DNA of 64,000 nt, from the NCBI RefSeq assembly GCF_000142905.1, contig NW_013657674.1, positions 156,709-220,708 of the forward strand, read 5' to 3'. The translations under genes and the position numbers were made by a program. This DNA is from Thecamonas trahens ATCC 50062 (lineage: Eukaryota > Protista > Apusomonadida). The notes below the pieces were generated by a model that saw only the letters and a list, made by a program, of their open reading frames with translations, was not told the DNA's origin and searched no databases. Shown one piece after another: positions 55,592 through 64,000 of this stretch. Every line of letters begins with the position of its first letter. Position 1 is the first letter of the stretch.

Positions 55592-55928
55592 TAGTAGGCG
55601 TCACAGCAAACGACGTAGGCCACCCCAAACACAAACGCGAACACGAACAAGACGGACGTGGACACGGACACCACAAACATAGGCACGGACACAAACACGG
55701 ACGCGATCCGCTCTGTCGCCCACTCAGGCCGCCATACTTCTAGATCTTGAATCTCCACCAAACTCACCCCTCCCCCCCCCTTCCTCCCCGGCTGCCTTTG
55801 TCATGCCAAAAACCATTCAAACTTTAGCGGTGCGCTGCCCGCCACCACCCCCCGCGCACCCCACCCTACCCCAAGCCCAAGACCAAGCTCTACACATCCC
55901 CACACTTCTCCCTACCACCCTCACAGCC

Positions 55929-57059
55929 ATGGACTCGGTCGATGCCTTTGCGGCCGTCATGGAGGCTCTCTCCGAGCGTATTCGTGCCCTCAAGGGACTC
56001 ATGATGTTCCGTACCTCAGGTACGCGCCCAAACCCCCCCCCCCCCCCCCCCGCCCCCCCCGCCCCGCCCATCTCCTTCCCGTACCATGTCTCACTCACCT
56101 GCTTGTCATGGAGGGGGGGGGCTTTAGAGACGAGCGATGCCGGAGCCTTTCTCAGCAAGCTCGACGGTGCAGTCGGCGAGATGGAAGGCCAGATTCAGGA
56201 CCTAGAGGCGTACATCGCAGGCGAGGAGGCTGCGCTGAGCGAGCTGGACCAGGTCCGCGCCGAGATGCGTGCGCAGGCGGCGTCAGTCGACGTTGCGGTG
56301 GCTGCCGCCCGCCCGACCCGCCCGCTTCGCGCCACGCGGCCAAAACCCGCCCAGGCCCCGGCTCGCCACATCGAAAAGGTGTATGTCGATCCTCAGCTTG
56401 CCGAGATCGACGATGGAGCGCAGGCCGAGCGATATGCGTCCAACTCGAACGCCCGCGAGTCGCGCGCGCTGCGGTCGTCCCTGCGGTCGTCGATGGGAGG
56501 GAACCGGCCAGCGGCCGGAAAGACGCCGCGGACCGCTCGCCGCAAGAGCTCGATGGGCGGGTCGCGGCGGCGGTCGTCGGCGGCAGGCCCGGGCTCGCTC
56601 CGCTCCTCGCTCCGTTCATCGATGGGCTCGTCGGTCCGCCCCTCGTCCATCTTTGACACCGCCGACGCCACCGGCACGGACCAGGTCTGGATCGAGCCGC
56701 TCGAGGACGAGGAGATCGACGCCATCCCGCACTACCTCCGCGGCCGGCTGACCAAGGAGAAGATCAACGCCGCCGCTGCCGAGCTGTCGGCCTTTATCCA
56801 GTCCAAGTACGAGCTCATGGCGACGTCGACGAGGGCCATGTCCAACGCCCAGCTCCACCAGTACAAGGCCTACCGCTCGTATGAGATCCACGGCAAGACC
56901 GAGGGAGAAAAGTTCTTTGTCGAGGCCGACATTCGCAACTTTTCCCACATCAAGGTCGACCGCACCGGCCGCTCCATCCTTCACATTCTGCGGACAACTG
57001 GTCGCCTCCGCGAGATCCGCGACACCAACTGTGTCCGCTATGCGGTCACCATCTACTGA
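55929..57059 (+). CDS. SKA1: Spindle and kinetochore-associated protein 1; probable in-frame intron 56020-56127
   Basis: N-terminal coiled coil; C-terminal microtubule-binding domain IPHYLRGRL...KYE...FFVEADI...ILHILR..GRLREIR. Confidence 0.85.
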   Translation: MDSVDAFAAVMEALSERIRALKGLMMFRTSGTRPNPPPPPPAPPAPPISFPYHVSLTCLSWRGGALETSDAGAFLSKLDGAVGEMEGQIQDLEAYIAGEEAALSELDQVRAEMRAQAASVDVAVAAARPTRPLRATRPKPAQAPARHIEKVYVDPQLAEIDDGAQAERYASNSNARESRALRSSLRSSMGGNRPAAGKTPRTARRKSSMGGSRRRSSAAGPGSLRSSLRSSMGSSVRPSSIFDTADATGTDQVWIEPLEDEEIDAIPHYLRGRLTKEKINAAAAELSAFIQSKYELMATSTRAMSNAQLHQYKAYRSYEIHGKTEGEKFFVEADIRNFSHIKVDRTGRSILHILRTTGRLREIRDTNCVRYAVTIY

Positions 57060-57093
57060 TGCCCCAGGCTCCCATAAACTGTATCATGACCAT

Positions 57094-57724
57094 TCATCGC
57101 GCCACCGGCGTGGCACACGCCTCTTCGCTCACTCGCAACCCAGCCCGCAGCAGGCTGCTCGCATCGAGCGCCCGCCGTTTGGTCGGTCCGCCCTCGCCGG
57201 CAGCCTCGGCGTACGCATCATCGCGGGCCTCGCCAGAGAGCAGCGGATTGATGTGCGCGCGATCAAGGACCGAGGCGTACGCCAACGAGCCGAGGCCTTT
57301 CTCCTCCACGGCGCGGACCGCATACGCACACATGGCCCGCGGCACGTCGAGCTCGCTCACAGAGCTGGCCGCCTCGAGCGCCAACACGTGCTCCAGCGTG
57401 ATCTGCCGGAGATCACACCGTTTGCCGGCGAGTCGGCCTTTGGTCCGGCCCGGCCCCGCTTGCGCTTTCCCGCTCCCGCAGACGGACCGCCGGCGAGTGA
57501 TGCCGGATCCCTGTCTTTGCCCTTGTCCTTGGCCTTGTCCTTGCCCTCACCTTTGCCTCTGTCTCTGCTCTTGCCTCTGCCCGACCCACGACGCGAGCTG
57601 GCCGGCCTGCCTCTGCCACTGCCGCCCGAGCTCGAACCGGACGATAGCGTGCCGTCGGACGACGACGACGGCGAGTCCGATGCGTTAGGATCCCATGTCG
57701 ACGCCGACGATGAGTCCGACGACA

Positions 57725-57758
<34 letters not shown>

Positions 57759-58759
57759 TGGGCCCGAGCCTGAGAAGGTTGCAGCGTCAAGGCTGCGGAT
57801 GCAGGCTCGCGCGTCAAGCGACGCCCGCCGGGCCGCCCGCCGCTTGGTGGCGGCGAGGCCGACGACAGTTGACGGGCTCTCCGGCCCGGTTTCTTTTCGC
57901 GCTGCAATGTAGCTAGTGTGATGGTGATGCCACTCATCTCCAGCGCGCTCAAATTGCGGCCATGTCCGCGCGATCTGCCGCCAGTACTTGATCATTGCCT
58001 TGCGGTGCTGGCTGGCGGTGAGCAAACCAGCGTTGGGCGCGCTGAGGCAGGCGAGCAAGTAAAACACGTGCTCCGAGAACGAGATGGGTGGGTCAATCCG
58101 AGCATTACGCACGCCAGCAACAGGCTCGGCCTCGGCGTAGTGGACCAGATACGCCTGGAGCTCCTTGAATAGGACGGCCGATGCCGGATCGCCTGGGGCA
58201 TCCCGCGCAGCAAGCACATCCTCCAGATCGATGTCTTCTGCGCTGCTTCGCGCTGCCAGCGGCAGCTTGCTCCGCGGCGCCTCGCGCCACGCCGCCAGAT
58301 ACTTGCGGCAGTGTGCGGTGACCTGGGCCATGGTCCGCGACTTGACAAAACGGCGCGCGACGTGGCGGAGACTACCCTCGCCGTAGACCTGCAAGCCAAG
58401 CAGCAGCGCACAGTGCTCGGCCATAGCCCACGGGATACGGATCTTGCCGTGGCCGATGGCACGTGGACCCGGGCCAGCACGCTCGCCGCCCTCGCCTCGG
58501 CAGCCTCGGCCTCGCGAGCCTCGGCCCTCCGCCGCTCCACCTCCAGCCATCGCATGCCGCCGCCCCAGCCCATTCCCCCACTTGCCTCTGCCTCGTCCGC
58601 CGCCTGCGCCATCCGCAGCACCCGAGCCGCTGCCGCCTGCGCCCTCCGGACATGCGGATCCAGATCACCACCGCCCAGCTCGAGCACCGCCAGGCCGTCC
58701 TCGGCTCCCCTGCGGCCAGCATGTCGCGCCTTGGTCTTGCCCCCCGCAGCAGCAGCCAT
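57094..58759 (-). CDS. Myb/SANT (SHAQKYF-class) domain protein; frame breaks near 58450 and 57421
   Basis: PWAMAEHCALLLGLQVYGEG..VARRFVKSRTMAQVTAHCRKY; flanking ORFs 57992-58777 and 57094-57387 join by -1 shifts. Confidence 0.55.
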
Positions 58760-58917
58760 AACGAACGAGCCCCTCACACGCCAGCCAGTCAGTCCAGTAC
58801 ACGTTCACCTGGCCACAAACGTTACAGCAACCGCAACCGCAACCGCAACCGTGATCACGATCACCCGGGTTGAGTGGGGTGGAGGTGGACGAGGGGGGTA
58901 GCCGACCAGACGACAAA

Positions 58918-58972
58918 GCCGCCAGCCGCCAGCCGCCAGCCGCCAGCCGCCAGCCGACCAGTCGCCAGCCGC
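58918..58972. repeat. Tandem (gccagccgcc)-type repeats in a divergent intergenic region
   Basis: Directly visible. Confidence 0.7.
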
Positions 58973-59397
58973 CAACCATCCTCCTCCTCACTCACCCAAC
59001 TCCTCTAACCCCCCCCANNNNNNNNNNNNNNNNNNNNNNNNNNNNNNNNNNNNNNNNNNNNNNNNNNNNNNNNNNNNNNNNNNNNNNNNNNNNNNNNNNN
59101 NNNNNNNNNNNNNNNNNNNNNNNNNNNNNNNNNNNNNNNNNNNNNNNNNNNNNNNNNNNNNNNNNNNNNNNNNNNNNNNNNNNNNNNNNNNNNNNNNNNN
59201 NNNNNNNNNNNNNNNNNNNNNNNNNNNNNNNNNNNNNNNNNNNNNNNNNNNNNNNNNNNNNNNNNNNNNNNNNNNNNNNNNNNNNNNNNNNNNNNNNNNN
59301 NNNNNNNNNNNNNNNNNNNNNNNNNNNNNNNNNNNNNGACCCCCTCCCACCACCACCACCACCACTCTCTCTCTCTCTCCCTCTCTCTCTCTCACCT

Positions 59398-60852
59398 ATG
59401 GCTGCGGCTGACCCGTCGCGCAAGCGCAAGCGTGACGACGACGGACCGCCGGACACCAAGAGGGCACACAGCCTGGCATCTGCTGCGGCCGCAAGCAGCA
59501 GCAACACCGACAATTGGCTGCTGCAGGTCCCGCGGCACATGCGCCGGGTGGCGCAGACAACTGCCTCACGGATCACCACCCTCGTGCTCGAGCATAGGCT
59601 GCACGCCGTCTCCAAGACCTCAGACATCACCGCCCTGCGGACCCGATCGGCTGCCGACGCTGCGCTCTTTCGCCACTTTATGGGCGCACTGGTGTGGGAC
59701 GAGGCCGTCATCGCCATTGTTCTCACTGCCGTGCTGGCTGCTGTCCGCCCGAGGTCAAAGCTACTGACAACCGCAGCATCGGCGACGACGTCGTCGGCCA
59801 TCGCCGCAGCCGCCGCCAATGCCCCGCTCGCCGCGCACATAGCCTCGCTCACCGCTCGCACCTCGTCGTCGCTGGCTGAGACGCTGGCCAAGTCGGGCGT
59901 GAAAGTGCCGCCGCCGACTGCGGCATCTCTTGCGCCGCCTACGTCGTCAAGCACTGTCGCCTCACATCTCGTCGATGGCTCGGCGCCGTACGTGCTGGCG
60001 CTCATCGAGCTTGTTCGCGGGTGCGCCAAACAGGTTCTGCTCCTTGCGCAGCCGCTGGTCTCGTGCCTGCAGGAGGCGATCAACGTTGCGGCGAGCAGCC
60101 CTGGCGCCACGCCTTGGGTCGCTGCGCCACTGCAGGCGCGCATGCCCGACTCGCTGCTGCCGGCCATGACGCTGAATGGTCTGTGCGCGCCGCGGCTGGT
60201 GCACGACGCGGCGCTCCTTGCCCCGCAACTGGTTGCGGTCAACGCGCTCATGTCGACAGAGCTTCCGCCGATTGTGCTGTACGAGGTGGAGGATGACGTC
60301 GAGGCCGGAAGCCCGTGCGCGCGCGAGTCGTGGCCGGCGCTGTTCTCGCGTATCGGCCCGGTTGTCGCCTTCCGGGCTGCGTCGGAGCGGGCGTCCGACG
60401 CAAACATGGCACTCTTTCTCGACGGCCTGCTCCGCGAGACAGCGCGAGTCTTCCCCGGCCCGGTCCTCCTTGTCGCCCGCTCCGAGTCGGTCCTTCCGCT
60501 GACCAAAGCACTGGCTGGCGCGTGCGTCGAGTCTGGCACCGCCAAGCTGGTCGCCGGCGTGGTGGCCATCAGCCTGCCGGCCGGCCCGGCAGACGATACC
60601 GAGCACCTGGCAGCGCTGCCGGTTCCAGTCCTCGCTCTTCATGGCGCCAACGTGCTGCCGCACTTGTACGACGTGGCGGCACTCGCCAGCGTGCCCAACG
60701 TCACGCTCAAGATCGTGGCCGACGGCGATGCCAACCTCGACCGCTGCGACTCGTTCCTCCGCCGTCACGCGCTCTCCCAGTCGATGGCCCGCCAGCGCGT
60801 CCTCTCTGCCGTCCTGCACTTTGTCAAGACGGAGACCAAGGTTTACTCGTGA
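59398..60852 (+). CDS. KANSL3/NSL3-like protein with a degenerate alpha/beta-hydrolase fold
   Basis: FRHFMGALVWD...PYVLALIEL helical region; FPGPVLLVARS, LPVPVLALHG, IVADGDANL. Confidence 0.6.
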   Translation: MAAADPSRKRKRDDDGPPDTKRAHSLASAAAASSSNTDNWLLQVPRHMRRVAQTTASRITTLVLEHRLHAVSKTSDITALRTRSAADAALFRHFMGALVWDEAVIAIVLTAVLAAVRPRSKLLTTAASATTSSAIAAAAANAPLAAHIASLTARTSSSLAETLAKSGVKVPPPTAASLAPPTSSSTVASHLVDGSAPYVLALIELVRGCAKQVLLLAQPLVSCLQEAINVAASSPGATPWVAAPLQARMPDSLLPAMTLNGLCAPRLVHDAALLAPQLVAVNALMSTELPPIVLYEVEDDVEAGSPCARESWPALFSRIGPVVAFRAASERASDANMALFLDGLLRETARVFPGPVLLVARSESVLPLTKALAGACVESGTAKLVAGVVAISLPAGPADDTEHLAALPVPVLALHGANVLPHLYDVAALASVPNVTLKIVADGDANLDRCDSFLRRHALSQSMARQRVLSAVLHFVKTETKVYS

Positions 60853-60888
60853 CTCTCCATCGCATCGCTCGCCTTTGCAATCGCAGCC

Positions 60889-62187
60889 TCAGTGCGGCCC
60901 GGCGTGGGCGTGCCCGCACTCGGCGAAAGCGGTCGCGGCGACCGCCGCCGACGCGACCGCCGCAAACGCCGGGCCGCGGCGCTGGGTCATGCACCCTGTT
61001 GGGGTGCAGATTGTCACCACCTTGCCAAACTCCTCGTCCGGCTCGGCGTAGCTCGCCAAGTCCGGCGGAAAGGCAAAGCCGCTCTGCAGCGTCTGCGAGA
61101 GCGGTGGGATAAAGTTCTTCTTGCGCGAGACGCGGTCACCAAGGTCCAGTGTCGAAGACGCGGCTTCAACACTCCCACCATACGTCGCGACCGCCAACGC
61201 CGCCTCGCGCGGCCCGCAGAGCAGCAGCTCCGACCGAAGGTTGGCGATGTCGACGAGCGCGAGAAAGGCCATGTCGAGCGATTCCTCTTTCTTGAGCGCG
61301 CGGCACTCAAAGAGGAGCTCGTCACGTCGCGCGCGCATCGCCTCCACATCGGTCGTCTCAACCACGCCAAAGCCGACAGTGAGGCTGGTTCCATCCGCAC
61401 ATCCGAGATCAAACGTCTTCTGGTCGCCGCGGACAAGCTGGTGTGCCGAAAGCAACGAGAGTGTCCGCGATTTGGCCTTGAACAGCGACTTGGCAAGCGC
61501 GTTCGGGTCGTCGAGCTCCAGTACTGTGCAGAGGAGCGCCACCATGACCGCGTCGTGCCGGGTCGATGTCGGCGACCGCAGGTTAAGCGTGTCCGACAAG
61601 ATGCCGCACAGCAGCAGCGCTGCCGTCGGCCGCGAGATCGGCCGGTTGAGCGTGACAAAGGTGTGCGCAATGATGGTGCACGCCGAGCCCCACGGGCGGA
61701 TGTCGATGTAGATGGGCAGGTCGGTGGTGAGCGTCGACGCCTGCAGCGCGTGGTGATCGATGATGCCCACTACCGTTGCCGGATCCACAGCCGCGTTCAT
61801 CTGCGTCGTCTGGCAATGGTCGACAAGCACAACCTTGGCGTCGTTGCCGGCGGCGACGACCGCGTCCTCGAACCGCGGCGGGAGCGCCACGCCAAAGGTC
61901 TCCAACGCGTACGCAGTCTCCGAGTTGATCTCGGACGCCCGCGTCGCCGTCCCGCCAAACAACTCCGCCGCGCCCACCGCCGATCCGATCGAGTCCATGT
62001 CGGTCGCCAAATGGCCCACAAACAGAGCGCCAGCCAGCTCGGCCTGATACGGCTCCAACTCGTTGTCAGGCGTGAGCAACAGTGCGACCTTGGTCTTCGC
62101 AGCCTCTTCCCCATGCGCAGCCACCGCAGCATCGAGCGGCGACAAGCGCGGCTTCAGCAAGCCGTCACAGGGCGCAGTGTCTGACAT
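60889..62187 (-). CDS. ppaC: Mn2+-dependent family II inorganic pyrophosphatase (PpaC-type, DHH plus DHHA2)
   Basis: GHLATDMDSI, VLVDH, IIDHH, PWGSACTI, ILSDTLNLRSPT, SRKKNFIP. Confidence 0.88.
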   Translation of the reverse strand: MSDTAPCDGLLKPRLSPLDAAVAAHGEEAAKTKVALLLTPDNELEPYQAELAGALFVGHLATDMDSIGSAVGAAELFGGTATRASEINSETAYALETFGVALPPRFEDAVVAAGNDAKVVLVDHCQTTQMNAAVDPATVVGIIDHHALQASTLTTDLPIYIDIRPWGSACTIIAHTFVTLNRPISRPTAALLLCGILSDTLNLRSPTSTRHDAVMVALLCTVLELDDPNALAKSLFKAKSRTLSLLSAHQLVRGDQKTFDLGCADGTSLTVGFGVVETTDVEAMRARRDELLFECRALKKEESLDMAFLALVDIANLRSELLLCGPREAALAVATYGGSVEAASSTLDLGDRVSRKKNFIPPLSQTLQSGFAFPPDLASYAEPDEEFGKVVTICTPTGCMTQRRGPAFAAVASAAVAATAFAECGHAHAGPH

Positions 62188-62396
62188 ATCTGTCCGCAAG
62201 ACAAGTGTGCGTGCGCGTGTACGCGTGCCCACAAAGGGTCAAGCCTATGGCAGGTGCCAGCCAAGTCAGGTGCCTCCGGCAACACCAGCACCAGCCAGGG
62301 TGGTGGGGCATTGCTCGGCGACAGGCCACCACACCCGTCCCTCCCCCCCCCCCCATACATACTTCCTCCCTCTCTAACTACACAGAATCTCGACTT

Positions 62397-63569
62397 ATGG
62401 CAGACCTGGGCATGGGCATGTCGTCGCTCTCGCCGTCGTCGCAAGACGTCCATGGTCTGGCGCCTCCGCCGCTGGAGCGACTCGACGGACTGACTGATGA
62501 TGATGACAATGATCATGCTGATGCCTTTGATGCAGATGGCAGCTTAGGTGATGGACGCTATGGCGAGTATGCTGCTGGACCGAGAAGGTCGGGAGCGCGG
62601 GCGGAAGCTGGCTGGGACAACAGTGGTGATGATGATCCGCCTGTGCTGCCACCGCGGAGGCAGTATCCCGGGTTTGATCATGGTGGCGAGTCTTCGGATG
62701 GCGATGAGGTTGGGGGTCATTCGATGGCGTACGGTGTGGCCGCCCCGAGGCGGCATGCAAGAGTTGCTGAACATGAGCTGCGGCGGGTGGTGCGGATGCC
62801 GGCGCTGCAGCCGAGCACGCTGCCAGCGGTCGGGGCTGGCGTGCTGGTGGCGACTGTGGGCGCGACGTTTGTGCTCTCGTTTGGCTACGGTCACAGCTCG
62901 ACTTCAGGTGGCCTGCCGCCGATCTCGGCCACCGGTGTGGCGGCGCCCGAGTCGGGCATCTTTTCGGCAGGCATGACGGTGCTGGCGGTCCTGCTGGGCT
63001 TGGCGGCGTACGTGCTGCATCAGTACATTGCTGCCGCTCACGGCCAGCTCATTGCTGCCGGGCGTGGGCTGCGACTGGTAGGCTTTTCGACGCTCACAAG
63101 CTGGAACACTTGCCTGCTCGCCGTCTCGTACGCCTCGGTCGTCTTTCTGGCAGTGCTGGGCAACGTCTCGCTCCGCGACGCGTTCTGGGTCCACCAGGCA
63201 GCCGCCGCGCTGTTCTTCTACACCGCCTTTGCGCAGGCGTGGATCTCGACGTACCTGCTGCACAAGCTCAACCCGCGCCCGCTCCGGTCTGCGCACGCCA
63301 AGTGGTGGCTGGCGTTCAAGAAGAACATGGTCATTGCCATCGGCGTCACCATGGTACCGCTCCGCGTCGCCGGCGCCATCGCCATCTCGACCATGGCCTC
63401 AAAAGCGTCACAGCAAGCCGCGCTTACCACCTTTGGCTCGCTCACCCAGTACCTTCTTGTCTCCTTGCTTGCTGCCTTTGTCTACTCGTTCCGCCACGAG
63501 TTTGCTTCAGTCTCGGCCGTCCTCACCATCTCGACCGCAGCCTACACCGCCCCGCCGATCTCGCCCTAG
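62397..63569 (+). CDS. Frag1/DRAM/Sfk1 family membrane protein
   Basis: LPPISATGVAAPESGIFS, VHQAAAALFF, about 6 TM helices. Confidence 0.8.
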   Translation: MADLGMGMSSLSPSSQDVHGLAPPPLERLDGLTDDDDNDHADAFDADGSLGDGRYGEYAAGPRRSGARAEAGWDNSGDDDPPVLPPRRQYPGFDHGGESSDGDEVGGHSMAYGVAAPRRHARVAEHELRRVVRMPALQPSTLPAVGAGVLVATVGATFVLSFGYGHSSTSGGLPPISATGVAAPESGIFSAGMTVLAVLLGLAAYVLHQYIAAAHGQLIAAGRGLRLVGFSTLTSWNTCLLAVSYASVVFLAVLGNVSLRDAFWVHQAAAALFFYTAFAQAWISTYLLHKLNPRPLRSAHAKWWLAFKKNMVIAIGVTMVPLRVAGAIAISTMASKASQQAALTTFGSLTQYLLVSLLAAFVYSFRHEFASVSAVLTISTAAYTAPPISP

Positions 63570-63716
63570 CTACGCACACTAAACGTACCTGAATCGTTGC
63601 ACCGCACAACATCGCAGCCATTTCTATCCCCAAGCCGTGCACGGGCGTCGCCTTTTCCTCCATAAACGCCGTGGAATCGTCCATCATGCCCATCGGCCCG
63701 CCGGTCGTTCGACCCG

Positions 63717-64000
63717 ATGTCCACCGAACACCGCCAGACCTCGCTCCACCTGTGGTCGACCATGTCATCGTCGTCAACCAAGGGAGTGCGCCAACGGCGC
63801 AAGACGGTCGAGAAGACATCCAAGGAGCCGACAGAGGAGACCAAGGTGGGTGAGAGTGAGCCCGAGTCGCCAACGTCCTCGGTGCTGCCGTCGTCGCATG
63901 CCCCCGCCGACATCCAGGCCGAGGTGGTGGCCGAGCTCCGCGGCAAGATCCTGTTCCGGCACGAGCTTGTCTTTGTCCTCTCGTGCATCAATGTCTTTGC
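63717..64000 (+). CDS. 5' part of a membrane-protein gene that runs off the window (weak resemblance to the Gpc1/GPCAT N-terminus)
   Basis: Open codon-biased frame MSTEHRQ..MSSSSTKGVRQR...KILFRHELVFVLSCINVF. Confidence 0.5.
   Translation, partial: MSTEHRQTSLHLWSTMSSSSTKGVRQRRKTVEKTSKEPTEETKVGESEPESPTSSVLPSSHAPADIQAEVVAELRGKILFRHELVFVLSCINVF

Noticed and set aside
55589-55597. Triple TAG stops after uL11m as evidence of readthrough or a variant genetic code
   Set aside because: TAA, TAG and TGA all terminate conserved genes at the expected positions in this window

Overview
This is a GC-rich, very gene-dense and intron-poor eukaryotic draft scaffold with 5 N-gaps. It carries about 37 protein-coding genes. 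I found no rRNA, tRNA, CRISPR or mobile-element signal. Flagellar genes (CCDC39, a TTLL11-type glutamylase), SKA1, ALG3, PIG-W, DIM1 and nuclear-encoded uL11m point to a flagellated protist. An apusomonad such as Thecamonas is my guess from sequence style and gene content, and it is not verified. I resolved nine spliceosomal introns by hand; seven start GTACGY and most carry an ACTCAC branch motif. The most notable items are: (1) a single polypeptide with a BAG domain, two IPI/IPV motifs and an Hsp20 domain, which looks like a fused BAG3-HSPB8 module; (2) a cNMP-binding/RasGAP/SH3 protein lying tail-to-tail with an EF-hand, double-RasGEF protein; (3) a TTLL11-type enzyme whose tail resembles TPPP/p25alpha; (4) at least seven genes (eight breaks) with reading-frame breaks that all need a -1 correction; (5) tandem genes separated by only about 50 nt; (6) prokaryote-type enzymes (family II pyrophosphatase, CocE/NonD hydrolase). 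All family assignments come from recognising motifs by eye; no database searches were run.
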